A stretch of 64,000 nt of DNA from Centroscyllium fabricii (Eukaryota): the NCBI GenBank assembly GCA_051313645.2, contig JBNRSN020000029.1, forward strand, positions 20,212,001 through 20,276,000. Reading direction: 5' to 3'. A program made the position numbers and the translations under genes. The notes below the pieces were generated by a model that did no database searches, had not been told where the DNA came from, and was given only the letters and a program-made list of their open reading frames with translations. Within the stretch, counting starts at the first letter, position 1. Each line of letters opens with the position of its first letter. Positions 37,620 to 51,579 of this stretch are shown here, in pieces.

Positions 37620-40205
37620 ATGGATCAGCTAATAAATTTCAGATATCAGCAATTTCCTAACCCATTCTGGCTGTGCTTCGTTTCCCCGGTAAGTTACAAG
37701 TGTTATTAATCCTTGTTTGTGTTAATCATATTGCTCTTTGTCTAATAATGTTATTTGTTTGTTTAGATGTCACTGTTTTGTGATATCAGATAAAAGAGAA
37801 ACTTGATCACAAATTTCATCATGTCGTTCATATTCTTATCAGACTAATAACATGATGTGTTTATGAATTTCCAAAAAGTACAACTGCGTCATTTTTTTCT
37901 AGTAGTAAACATTGGGATGATTATTGCTTCCCATCTGTCTGCATTCGACAGGAGAAGCCCAACTAAACAACACATTTGCTTTACTGCTCTGGAGTCGCCA
38001 CGTTTGGCTGGCCAGATATTTTAAGTGGTCTGCGGACAGCACACAACAAGCGTGGTCCTGGCGGTTAGGAAAAGACGAGAGACTCCTGCAGGACCTGTAC
38101 GTTTCTGGCCTCGGCGAATAGCCCTTCAGGCAACTGATCTTCACCAACCGCCTAGGTTCCTCGCTTAAGCTTCAAGATTCTGGCGAGGGAGTAGTCTAAC
38201 TTTAAAAAGCTAGTTTACAATCTTCAATGTTACGCCTTTTTCCTGAATCTTGGGTCAGCAAGACACTGGGGCAGTTCGTGGTGCCTGTTTCTGAGGCCCC
38301 TGTGTTGTGGCACAAAACACGAGGTATACCCGGGCAATGAGACAGAGACTGGAAAGTCCATCGTAGCCTCATTACCGTCAAAGCCTTGGTCATGTGGTGA
38401 GTGCATGCTGGGGATAGGCTGCCTGACACAACCCCGCGCAGCACTAAAGGGGCAGGAACGTGGCGGGCAATGTCCCTTAGCAGAACCATCGCGCCGGAGA
38501 GGGACAGATGAATGGATATGGATAAACAGCTGTATTGGGGATCACGATCACCTTCCCAAATTGTGCAAAATGTACTAATTGTGGTATAAATTCAGCTTAG
38601 TCTGGAGTTCCAATCCATCTCCCGTATTCGCCCCACCAGAGAATTAGTCCCATTGAGTGAACGGCTTTAAAACTGAGATTCGGCTTATGACAGGCGACCA
38701 GTTCTATATAATTCATTTTCGTTTACCAGTTAAGACGGATTCCTACCTGGTTGTAAATCGCTGCGCGTGTGTTATCGACCTTTTTCCGCTTACACCCCAG
38801 GTGAATTTCACCCTCATGCAACAGCACATCACCATTCTAGTGGCTTCCTTCTGTTTACTATCTCACTGCGTCAAGTGTCACATTGTGAGTCCTGTTATCA
38901 CTCGACGAAATCGTACATTGCTCTATCATTCTGCTATTTGGAATAATGGTAGCAGGTCTGTGTGGACGGTGCACAATCGCACTAAATTTATTTATGATAA
39001 ATATACAGGGTAAGTATGGATGTTGCACTACTCTATTTGTACTTCCTATAAGATGTTCTGAAGCGACATTCACAACAAAATGATATAGATTGAATGAAGT
39101 CGGGACAATCACTCGGAACCTTCCCAGCATTTTTATTTTTCTTGGAGGGAACATATCAATGTATCTGGAGAAATAATTATTTTGCTTTCGAAATATTCGG
39201 TTAATTAACGAACAGACAGAACGAGGTGAATGAAAGCAACAAAAAAAATCCAACACAATTTTTTTTTCATTTTAATACAATGGTAATCGTTCTCTTGTGA
39301 GAATCACTCATTTCATGTTTTTCCTATTTAATGCAGCTAATTTAGTGACAATTGTGATTCTTGTGCGAGGAAACTGCGGTCTCTCTTACCTGGTTGCCAT
39401 GACAGCGGCAGCTCTACAGTTCATCATAGTTAATGTAATAATATATGAGATTAATAATATTTACTTTCTAATTTCATTCTTGAACTGCACTCCTGTCTGC
39501 AGTCTCAGATTCGCCCTGGGTTGTGCTGCCAATGATTGTTCCGTCTGGATAAAAGTCTCTTACAAATTGGATCGGCATGTGGCCATGTATTGCCAGAAGC
39601 AGAGAGTCAAATATTGCACCAAAATAACTGCGGTGCTTGTTATAGCAACAGGGTGTGGTATAATATCTGTAGCAAACATTCACATGTACATTATTTTTGA
39701 CATGTTGACAAGCAACGTCTTTCTGTGCTGTAAAATCAAGCTTCCAAACCTCGCCATTGTGGAGAGCATTCATTCAGTTTGACATTTTTGTAACCCCGTT
39801 CGCTCCATTTGTTTTGATTTTGATGTTCAATGCTCTGACAATCAGGCACATTCTAGTGACCAGTTGACTCAGCGGGGAGGAGTCAGAACCAATAAAAATA
39901 TTGAGAATCACACTGATCAAGAGAAGGAGAGTCGGAGAAAAACTATAAATTTACTGCATGCCATCTCAGGCAGTGTCACCCTCTTATTGTTGGTTAATTT
40001 TAAACATTATCTGTGCACAAGTTACTGACTTTCAAATTGTGCTCGCCAATCAGAGAAACCCTCTCAACATTATGGACGAAATTGGGCATATGCTTCTGAG
40101 TCAGAGTACCTGCACAACCACATTTATTTATGCAGTAGCGCAGAATACGTTTAAAGTGCAGATGATGAATTGATTAACTATCCCTCTGATCAAGTTATTA
40201 AGTTA
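37620..40205 (+). pseudogene. GPR139/GPR142-like GPCR pseudogene 1 (exon 1 37620-37688, exon 2 39337-~40205)
   Basis: Exon 1 ..*PILAVLRFP G|GTAAGT joins in phase with TGCAG|CT AAT to give FPANLVTIVILVRGNCGLS..YLVAM..CSVW..DRHVAMYCQK..KYCT..PFVLILMFNALTIRHI..TFIYAVAQ; stops and frameshifts. Confidence 0.85.
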
Positions 40206-40344
40206 GAGCAACGGTTGAAATAACTGAGCACAATTCCAACTCACTGAGCCCGTACATTGTACAATATCTATCATTGTAGATTGTTATACTCATGTGAAGT
40301 TTTCTGACACTTTAACATGTGTGTCTATCTATCTATCAATCCAG

Positions 40345-40672
40345 CCTCGTGTACTATCTGTGTGGATTTGCACATTCTCCCCGTGCCTGCGTGGGTTTCC
40401 TCCGGGTGCTCCGGTTTCCTCCCACAGTCCAAAGATGTGCGGGTTAGGTTGATTGGCCAGGATAAATTGACCCTTAGTGTTAGGGAGATTAAATAGGTGG
40501 TGTTACGGGGATAGGGTGGGATGTGGGTCGGTGCAGGTTCGAGAGGGATATGGGGACAAGGCAGGGACGGGTTGCTGGGTTTGGATGATCAGCCATGATC
40601 TCATTGAATGGCGGAGCAGGCTCGAAGTGCCGAATGGACTACTCCTGCTCCTATCTTCTATGTTTCTATGTT

Positions 40673-40675
<3 letters not shown>
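40345..40675 (+). mobile_element. HE1-like V-SINE, 5' truncated
   Basis: V-domain plus CR1 tail; highly similar to 56919-57329. Confidence 0.9.
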
Positions 40676-40708
<33 letters not shown>

Positions 40709-41095
40709 ACTATCTATCGATCTATCGATCTATCGATCTATCGAACTATCGATCTATCTACCTATCGATCTATCTATCTATCTCCCTATCTATCTATCTC
40801 CCTATCTATTGATCTGTCTATCTATCTATCTATCTATCTATATATGCATCTATCTATCTATATATATATATCAATGTATCTATCTACNNNNNNNNNNNNN
40901 NNNNNNNNNNNNNNNNNNNNNNNNNNNNNNNNNNNNNNNNNNNNNNNNNNNNNNNNNNNNNNNNNNNNNNNNNNNNNNNNNNNNNNNNNNNNNNNNNNNN
41001 NNNNNNNNNNNNNNNNNNNNNNNNNNNNNNNNNNNATTTGTCTATATACATCGATATTTCTCTGTCTATCTCTATCTCTGTATCTCTCTATGTAT
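40670..41095. repeat. (TCTA)n/GATA microsatellite grown from the SINE tail, spanning an assembly gap
   Basis: TCTA/TCGA arrays on both sides of the N run. Confidence 0.9.
40888..41035. other. Assembly gap (148 N)
   Basis: Run of N. Confidence 1.
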
Positions 41096-41934
41096 TAGAT
41101 GCAATGTGACGAACAAGGTCTGGACCCTCCGCTGACAGCCCTTCATTATTAGAGGCGATCTCAGCAGTCGCGGTCACAAATGACTGAGTGTTTAAAACGT
41201 TCCTGTGCAGCAAGAATGAGAAGGAATGCCCCTTCCGCCTCCACCGCACCTGAGAAATTACAATCGCGGCAGTTCAGCTTGTATTCGACCCGCCCTCCAG
41301 GACTTAAACTAGGGCAGCCGCTCAGAAGCCAGAGAGCAATAAATTGAAATCCTTACAATCCACCTGCTGCCTCTGAAGACGGGATTGGCGCTGGCAGCTC
41401 GCCTATTTCGTGCTGTCTGAGCCCAGACAAGTTACACATTAATTAGTTTATCCTATGTTTTGCGAATATGTTGTGCATGCTACAGAGCAGTGAGTCTTAT
41501 CCGAGCTCAGTAGCTGCAGTGCGGATTATCTTTCGATAGATTCCAATGATGCAAGAGACCACCGTTAGACTTCTCAAAGACAGATCTGAAACTGTACTGG
41601 CTTTACACTTGGTGATGTATCTGTAGGTAGGATTCAGTAGGGAGAGATAATTGTAATGCTTTAATTTCTGATATGGCCCCGCTGCCGGTTTACTCTTATC
41701 CCACCGATATACGCGATCTGATAGTAGGTGCTATTCCTTATCAGATTGTGGCTGTTTCTTTCAGTGCTGGAAGACCATCGTGTCCCATACGGCCCCAGCT
41801 GCAGTTCACAACTGCTTTCTCTGACCTCAACCCGCTGTCATTCTTGATAAACCCCGCGCTTCCATGTCCTGCCTTTCTGTACCGGCATACAAAAACTAAC
41901 CACTGTTGCCAAACCAGAATGAATTAGAAAACTG

Positions 41935-42378
41935 GAACATAGAACATAGAACATAGAACATACAGCACTGTACAGGCTCTTGGGCCCTCAATGTAGTGCC
42001 GCCCTTATTCCGTCTCTGATTTTTCCTGTCCCCCCTACAGTTCCTTCCCTTCCATGTACCTGTCTATCATCCTTTTTAAAAGCACCCAGACTGTCCGCAT
42101 CCACTATTTCAGATGGTAGCCTATTCCATTCCCCGACCACTCTTTGTGTGAAGAACTTGCCCCTGCCATCCCGTCTGAATCTTCCTCCTTGAATCTTGTG
42201 CTCGTGTCCTCTTGTTGTCGTTCTTCCCGCCCGGGGAAACTGTCTTTGCATATTTACTCTGTCGATCCCCTTCATCATTTTATACATCTCTATCAGGTCC
42301 CCCCTTCTTCCTTCTTCGTTCCAGGGAGAAGAGTCCCAGTTCCCTTAACCGTTCCTTGTATGACTTTCCCCCCATTCT
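41935..42378 (-). mobile_element. Young CR1 3' end
   Basis: (CATAGAA)n tail; near-identical to the 3' part of 47222-48070. Confidence 0.9.
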
Positions 42379-42619
42379 TTGAAGTTTAGAGAATTGTCTT
42401 TGGTGCTGTGAAAATAAATAAAGAATTTCGACATTATGCCTAACTTAGCCAATGACTACTTTAACAGACAGATATTGGATTGTTGTATAAGCCTATTTAG
42501 ATGGTTACATGACTTGATAGATTAGATAACGAAAATCTATTTCCTCTGGGGAATGTGTCGAGAACACGGGGCATAATCGTAACACGACATTACGATACAC
42601 TCTACTACATGTTCCCTGA

Positions 42620-43930
42620 CAGCACATTTTCTGACCTTAATCATGAATACAATATGTGGTAGCTTATCAAGGTACTTTTAAAATCCAAATGTATTTCATC
42701 CAATATATTACCCTTCTGCACACTTTCTGTTTACTCGTACAAAAATCAATAAGGCTGTACATGTATGACCTTATTTATGAATTCCGTGATGACTATTCTT
42801 TACTGTATTTCATTATTTACCTTTCACATCGAACAGTAAATAATACACAATTTTTCTTTGTACCAATATTTAGCGATCTGGATTATCGTTCCCAGGACTT
42901 GTTCTATTTAAATGTAGTTATGATGACAGTTGTAAGCCAGTCCTATGGAACTATTATTTTCAATAATTCTTCTATATTCGCAATACTGCCTCTTCTGTGC
43001 ATTCGGAATCTTATTTTAATAGGCATAGATTCAATTCATCTGGACCAGGAGTTTACCTTCTCTAGATTTGATTGTTCATGTATTAGCTCCCCTCTTTCTA
43101 TCATGAATGTTTTGAATTTGTTATCTCTTATTCTACGTCATGGTCTCATTGTTAGTCTCTCTGGTGAATACTGCGGAAAGGTAATTGTTCAATATTACTG
43201 CCCTTTCACTGTCATTGATTGTGAGCTGTTCTGGTGCAGCCCTTTTCCCTTTCTCGGTTTTATCTATTTATTTTTATATTCAATGATAATTCAATTTCGT
43301 ACTTCACTTTAAATATATAATTTTGGTTTTCTGGCTTCATAAAATCAATAACAAACTAACGAATAATGTCACACCGTGGACAATGAAAGACACAAGGGCA
43401 AAATTGAAACTAAAGGAAAAGGGTTGCATTAATAACAGTGACAACAATTAAGTCGATGACAAAAGGCAATACAAAGTGTTTAGGAATGATGAATACGGAT
43501 CATTAAAATAGATAACATATTACCTTATTAGGAGGATAGTAAAAAACTTCAGGAGGACATAGACAGACTGGTGAAATGGGTTGATACATGGTACATGCAA
43601 TTTAATGTTGATAATTGTGACGTGAGGCACCTAACAGAAACAATATTGGTAGGCAATATATTATAATTGGTAGCATTCTGAGGGCATTGCAAGTGCAAAG
43701 AAACCTGGAGAGTAAATTGAAAAACTATGAAGTTAGCACCACACGATCATATGAAATTTAAGAAAGCACATTGGATACATTGATTTTTAAATATAGGAAT
43801 TAAATACAAAAAAAAATGAAGTCCAGCTAAATATTTACAAATATCAGAGTAGGCTTCATCTACAGTATCACTTTCAGTTCTGGGCACCACGCTTTGGAAT
43901 TTACGACAAGGTCTCTGAGAAGGTAGAGAG
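42620..43930. mobile_element. Old CR1 fragments in both orientations
   Basis: Minus-strand EN-RT linker at ~42620-43310; plus-strand linker and RT C-terminus (LQEDIDRLVKWVDTWYMQFN, QFWAPRF) at ~43330-43930. Confidence 0.65.
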
Positions 43931-43990
43931 GAGTATTTTATTATTATTCATTTATGGGATATGGACGTCTCTGCTAAGGCCAACATTATA

Positions 43991-46900
43991 TCACAAACTG
44001 ACCTGTCACCCCAAATTGACTCAACAACACACATTGTCCAATCACCAAAACAGAACAATCAACCCCAAACGTACCAATTACCACAAAACTGACTCATCAA
44101 ACCAAACTGACCAATCAGCCCAATCTGACCCATAATTACCGACTAATAAATCACCACAAACTGACCCACCAAGCAAAACTGCCCCATCACGCCAAAACTG
44201 ACCCATCACCAATACCGACCCATCAAAACAAACTGACCCATCAAAACAAACTGTCGATTAACCCCAAAAAGAACCATCAACACAAACTGACCAATCACCC
44301 CAAACTGAGCAATATCGCCAAACTGACAGATCACCCAAAACAAACCAATCCCTCCAAACTGTCCAATCAACACAAACAGAGCAATCATTCCATACTGACC
44401 CATCATCTCAAACTGACTAACCACACACAATATGACCCATCAACACAAACTGACCCATCAACACAAACACACAAATCACCCCAAGTTGACAATTCACCCC
44501 GAACTGCCCGATCACCCAAACTGAGAAATCATCCCCAACTGACCAATCCCTACCAAACTAACGCATCAAAACAAAATGGCCAATAACACACAAACTGACC
44601 AATCAACACATACTGACAAATTTTCCCCAAAGTGATGCATCACCCTAAACTGATCATCCAAACAATCTGACCAATCACACCCGAACACTACCATGACCTC
44701 TAAACTGACCAATCTCACCAAACTGAACAATAAAACCACACTGACCAATCACCCACAAGCAGCCGAACACCCCAAAGTGACACATCAGTCTCATACTGAC
44801 CAATGTTGGCCAAACTGTCCCACCACCCCAAACTACGACATTAATCCCAAACTAAACCATAAACACAAACTATGCATCAGCCAAACCTGTCGAATCACAC
44901 CCAAATTCGACCATCACATCGAAACTGACAATCACCCAAAGAGGCACATCACCCCAAAATAACCAATCAAAACAACTGACAAATAAGGTACAAACTGACC
45001 CATAAACACAACTGACCAATCACCCCTAATCTGACCCATCAAAATAAACTGAACAATCAACAGAAACTGACCAATCACCACCAAACGTACCAGTCAAACA
45101 CGAACTGACCAATAAACACAAACTGGCAGATCACTCACAAACTAAACAGAGAACCCAAACTGAACTTACACCAAAAATTGCTCAATCATCCCCAAACGGA
45201 AACATGAAATTAAAACTGAACTGTCACTCACAAATTGACCCATCACTCCAAAAATACCAATCATTAAAGATTACCAATTACCCCAAACTGACCTAACACA
45301 AACTGACGAATCAGCCCCACACTGACACATCAGCATAATCTGTCCCATCGACACAAACTGAACAATCACCCTCAAAGTGACACATCAACTGCAACTGGCC
45401 AATCACCCAAAACGGAACAACCACCCCAATCTGACCATACACCCAAAATGATCAATCAACACAAACCGACCGATCATCCACATTCGTACCAATCACAGCA
45501 AAATGTACTCATCATCCCAAACTGAGCCATCAACACAAATTGACCAATCACCACAAACTCACCCATCAACCACAACCAGACGAATCATCCCAAACATACC
45601 CTTCAACACTAACTGAACAACCACCACAAATTAACACTTCAAAACAAACTGTCCAATCACCCAAACTGGCCCCTCACCCAAAATTGATTAAAAACCCACA
45701 AACTGACCTATGAACCGCAAACTGATCAATCACACGCAAAGCAAACTGACCCAACCCAAACTGACCAATCACATCCAAACTGACACTTCAACAAAATCCG
45801 ACCCCTCATAAGAAACTGACCCATCACCTGCAATCTGACCCATCACCTCAAAATGACCCATAGTCCCCAAACTGAATAATAAACCCCAAACTGAACCATC
45901 AATTCAAACTGAACAATCAATCCTAACTGACCCATTAACACAAAATGTTCAGCCAACCCCAAACTGACCAAACACCACAAACTAACCTATCATCCCATTC
46001 TGACCAATCACCCGAAACTGATCGATTGCCCTAAATTGAACCACCAACACAAACTGACAAATCACTCACAACTGACCAATCAACTCAATCAGACCAATAA
46101 ACTCCAAACAGACGAACCTCCCGAAACTCACCAATCAGCCCAAAATGAACAACCACCTCAAAGTGATAAGTCACCCAAAACTGACCCAACAACAAAAAGT
46201 GAGCAATCACCAAACACGAACCCATCAACACAAACTGACCAATCACCTACAGATTAATCAGTCACCAGCAAAATGACCAATCGCTTATAAACTGACCAAT
46301 TACACCAAACTGACAAACCGCCCCAAACTGACCAAGCCCCCAAACTGAGCACACTCCCCAAACTGACACATCAACACAAACTGTCCAACCACCCCAAATT
46401 GACCAACCACGCCAACTAACCCATCAACACAAACTGACCAATCAGCCTAAACTAAACAATCACCCCAAACTACCCCATCGACACAAAATGACCAATCACC
46501 CCAAACTGCCCAACCATCCCCAATCTGAACAATCAACACAAATTCACCAATCACTCCAAACTGACCAATCAACCCCAAACTAACCAAACATCCCAAACTT
46601 TCCTTTGGCCAAGAATTGCCAATCACCCCAAACTGCACTAGAAACACAAACTGAAAAGTCATGCAAAAATTGAACCATCACTCCACAATCCCTAAGCATT
46701 AAAAAATAGCAATCAACCCAAACTTGCACATCAACACAAACTGACCCATCAACACAAAATTACCAATCAACACAAACTGACCCACCAGCCCAAAGTGACC
46801 CATCCTCTCAAACTGACCAATTTCTCAAACTGGCCCATCAACGCTATCTGACCAATCACGCCAAAATGACCAATCACTGCAAACTGAACAATCACCACAA

Positions 46901-49900
46901 ATGGACACATTAATCTAAACAACCCAATCATCACATAACTGACCAATCAACCCGAACTGATCGATCAATCCCAAACTGGGTGATTTCTCCTAAACTAATC
47001 AAACACCCAAAACTGATCAACCACCAAAAAATGACCAAACAAGAAAATCTGAAACAGCAACACAAACTGACCCACCAGCTCAAAGTGACCCATCAACACA
47101 AACTGACCCATCAACACAAACTGGCCCATCATCACAAACTGCCCAATTACCGCAACACTGACCAATCAACTCACATTGGCCCGTCACTCCAATCTGAACA
47201 ATCCCCACCAGACTAACATATAGATTCAGAGGGATATAGACAGGATGCAGAGCTGGGCTGAAGAATGGCAAATGGAGTTCAACACGGGGAAATGCGAGGT
47301 GATGCACTTCGGCAGGGCAAATAGGAAGAGGGAATATAGGGTCAATGGCAGGATCCTGAGTGAAGCAGAGGAGCAAACGTATCTGGGAGTATATGTACAC
47401 AGATCACTGAAGGCTGCCACCCAGGTGGACAAAGCAGTGAAAAAGGCCTATGGTGTATTGGCCTTCATCAACAGGGGAATAGAGTTTAAGAACCGGGAGG
47501 TCATGCTGCAGCTGTACAGGTCACTGGTGAACACACACGTGGAGTACTGTGTGCAGTTCTGGGCACCGTACTACAGGAGAGATGTGGAGGCGCTGGAGAG
47601 GGTGCAGAGGAGATTCACCAGGATGCTGCCGGGAATGGGAGGGAAGTCATACGAGGAGAGGTTGAGGGAGCTGGGACTCTTCTCCCTGGAACGGAGAAGG
47701 AAGAGTGGGGACTTGATTGAGATGTTTAAAATGATGAGGGGGATCGATAGAGTAAACGTGCAAAGACTGTTTCCCAGGGCGGGAAGAACGTCAACAAGAG
47801 GACACGAGCACAAGATTCAAGGAGGAAGATTCAGAAGGGATGGCAGGGGCAGGTTCTTTACACAGATAGTGGTCGGGGAATGGAATAGGCTACCATCTGA
47901 AATAGTGGATGCGGACAGTCTGGGTGCTTTTAAAAGGATGATAGACAAGTACATGGAGGGGAAGGAATAGGAGGGGGGGACAGGAAAAATCAGAGATGGA
48001 CTAAGTGCGGCACTACATTGAGGGCCCAAGGGCATGTACAGTGCTGTATGTTCTATGTTCTATGTTCTATTACCGCAATTTCCACCATCAAAGCAAACTA
48101 AACAATCACCACAAACAGATCAATAACAAAAACTGATACAGCATCACAAACTGACCAATCACCACAAACGGATCATCAACATAAGTTGAACAATCATCCC
48201 CAAACTGAACAATCATCCCCAAAGTGACCAATCAACATAAACTGAACAATCACCCCAAACTAACCAACCATTGCTAAACTTGACTAATCTACACAAAATA
48301 TCCCATCACACCAAACTGACCCATCGACACAAACTGACCAATGACCCCAAACTGACAAATCACCCCAAACGGACAAATCAAAACAAAGTGATAAATAACC
48401 CCAAAATGACACCTCAACACGTATTGACCAATTATCTCAAACTGTCCAATCACCCCATCTTTATAATCAACACAAACTGCCCAATCATCCCAAACTGACC
48501 AATCACATCAAACTAACCAAACAGTCAATAATGACCAATCACCAATCTGCACCTTCAACACACACTGACCCATCATACCAAATTGACCAATCCCCCTCAA
48601 ACTGGCCAATCAACCACAACTGACCAATCACACCAACAACAAGAAAACACCAAAAAATGCTCTATCACAAAAAACTGGCCCAGCAACAAAAACCGCCCCA
48701 TAAACACAAACTGTCCACTCAACCTGAATCCAATCAATCGCGGCAAACAGACCCATCACTCCAACCAGACCAACCACCAAGGAACTGACCAATCACCTCA
48801 AACTGCCCATCAACACAAACTGACCAACCACCCCAAATTGAACAATCTCACTAAACAGACAAATCACCCCAAGTTGACCAATAAACAAAAACAGACCAAT
48901 CACCCCCAAACAGACCAATCATACAAAGTGACCAATCACACCAAACTGAACCATCACCCCAAAAATGACCAATTAATCAAATTGAACAAACGCCCCAAGC
49001 ATCCAAATACATAAACTAACCAATCATCAAAAATGACCAATGACCCACAATATGAACCATGACCACAAACTGACGCATCACACAAAACTGACAAATGACC
49101 AAAAAAATACCAATCACCATAAAATTTCCCATCGCCACAAATTGACCAATCGCCGCCAATCTGAAATCAACATCAACCGAGAAATCACTCAAAGCTGAAC
49201 CCTCAACAAAAACTGACCAATCCCCCACAAACTGACCAATCAAATCCAAACTGACCCATGGACACATACAAACCCATCAAAAGAAAATTTACATTCAACC
49301 CAAAACTGACCGACCAGCCAACAATGATCAGTCATCCACAAACTGACCAAACAACACAAATAAAATAATCATACTCCAAACTAACCAATCACTCACATAA
49401 TGACCAATCACACCAAATTGACCAATCACTGCCAAACTGACCAATCGCCCAACTAAACAATGAAGAAAAAATGACTAATCGCCCCCAAACTGACCCACCA
49501 GCCCACATTGACCCAGCAAGACAAACTGACCAATCACTGCCAAACTGATCAATGACCCCCAAATTAACCAAACACCCCAAACTGACCAATCAACAAAATA
49601 TGACAAATCACCCGAATCTGAACAATCAACACAAGTGACGAAACACCCACCAACTCTCCCACCAACAAAAACTGGTCAACCACCCTGAAACGGACCAATC
49701 ACTAAGGAACTGAACAACCACCACACACTGACAGAAAAACTCAAACTGTTCAATCACCTCAAATTGCCTCGTCAACACAAATTGTCCAATCACCCCAAAC
49801 TGACCAATCACACTAAACTGACCAATCACGCAAAGTCAACCAATCAACACAAGCTGACCAATCACCTGCAATCTGAACAATCATTCCCAAACTGACCAAT

Positions 49901-50686
49901 AATCTCCAAACTAACCAATCAACACAAACTAACCCATCAGCCCAAACTGATCCAACAACAGCAACTGACCAATCACCCCAAACCGACAAATCAGCCCCAA
50001 AGAGACAAATCAAAACAAAGTGACCAATCTCCCCAAACTGACCCTTCAAAACGTAATGATCAATCACCACAAACTGACCAATCACCCCAAATCGAACCAT
50101 CAACATAAACTGACCAATCATCCCCAAACGGACCAATCACCCCAAACTGAGAATATCCCAAAACTGCACAATCACACCAAACTAACCAAACACCACAAAC
50201 TGAACAATCACCAAAATTTACGAATCATTCCCAATCTGCACCATCAAAACAAACTGACCCATCACGACAAACTGATAAATCTCACTCAACTTGACCAATC
50301 AACCCCAACTGACAAACCACAACAAAAACAAAACACACCAAAAAATGCTCTATCACCGCAAACTGTCCCATTAACACAAACTGCCACAAAAACACAAACT
50401 GACCAATCACCCTGAATCTGACCAATCATGGCAAACTGAACCATCACTCCAAACTCTCCAATCACCAAGCAACTGACCAGTTACCATAAACTGACCCCAA
50501 AAAACAAACTGACCCATTACACCAAGCTGATCCATCAACACAAACTGACCAATCACCACGAAACTGATCGACCAGCCCAAACTTACAAATCATCCCTGAA
50601 CTGACCACCCGACACATACTGACCAATCATCCCCAGAAGGAACAATTACGCACAAACTGACGAATTACACCAAACTGACCAATCTC
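43991..50686. repeat. Large degenerate satellite, ~19-20-bp unit CAAACTGACCAATCAC(C)CC / CAAACTGACCCATCAACA
   Basis: Hundreds of tandem variants; top strand strongly C/A-rich and G-poor; interrupted by a CR1 at 47222-48070. Confidence 0.95.
47222..48070 (+). mobile_element. Young 5'-truncated CR1 inserted in the satellite (open ORF2 C-terminus, 47245-47970)
   Basis: 241-aa open frame WAEEWQMEFNTGKCEVMHFG..YCVQFWAP..LERVQRRFTRMLPG..WNRLP; (TTCTATG)n tail. Confidence 0.95.
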
Positions 50687-51579
50687 AGTATTTATGTGGC
50701 TGAAAAAGTGATTTTTTTGGTCAATAGTGACCACATAATTCTGATGGGGTTTCGGCGATGGTAATGCCGTTGAATGTCAAACGCAAAAGTTAGAAACTCG
50801 CTTCTTGGAGGTAGGCATTACCTGGCACTTGTGTGGCGTGAATGTTACCTGCCACTTATCAGCCGAAGCCTGAATGTCGTCCAGTCTTGTTGCATGCGGG
50901 CAAACATTTATTTATTATCTGAGGTGTTCCGAATCGCACTGAAAACTGTGCCGTCATCAGGGAACTTCCCATGTTCCCACCTTATGTTGGAATGAAGGTC
51001 ATTCATGAAGCAGCGGAAGATAGTGGGGCCTAGGGCGCTGCCCTGAGGAAAACATGCAACGACGAGCTGGGGCTGCATTGATGGATCACTAACCACCATA
51101 GCCATCTTCTTATGTGCTCAGTATGAGCGAGTGGAGGAATACTCCCCCCTGATTGTCATTGATTTCTGTTTTGCTAGGGCTCCATGAAGCTACACTTGTT
51201 CAATGGCTGCCTTGATGCCAAGGGCAATCAAGCTCAACTCAACTCCGATGGCGCGGTTTTCATAGTCTGGTATGGAAACTGCACCATCTCGGACCGGAAG
51301 GCACTGCAGCGGATTGTCAAAACTGCCCAACCAATCACCGGCACCCAGCTACTAGCAATTGAATGCAACTACCAGAAACGCTGCCTACAGAGGTCTCAGA
51401 ACATTATTAAAGACCCCACGCATCCCATTCATATTCTGTTCGCCCCCCTGCCATTCAGCATATGCCACAGATCAATTTGCACCAGCACGACCAGATTCAA
51501 GAACAGCTTCTTCCCCAGGTCTGTCAGTCAACTGAACTCTAACAAAAAACTCCATTATCTGCACCCCTGAAATATACTT

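Noticed and set aside
40477-41135. ORFs with YLSI repeats
   Set aside because: They are translations of the TCTA microsatellite and the N gap.
42656-43312. 218-aa hydrophobic ORF as a membrane protein or GPCR
   Set aside because: It is the antisense reading of an A-rich CR1 fragment and has no GPCR motifs.
43991-50686. ORFs in the satellite (HKLTNHPKLT.. and antisense GQFGVIGQF..) as a repetitive protein, or the array as CRISPR-like
   Set aside because: Frames are short and broken, there are no unique spacers or constant repeats, and the context is eukaryotic; these are translation artefacts of a tandem repeat.
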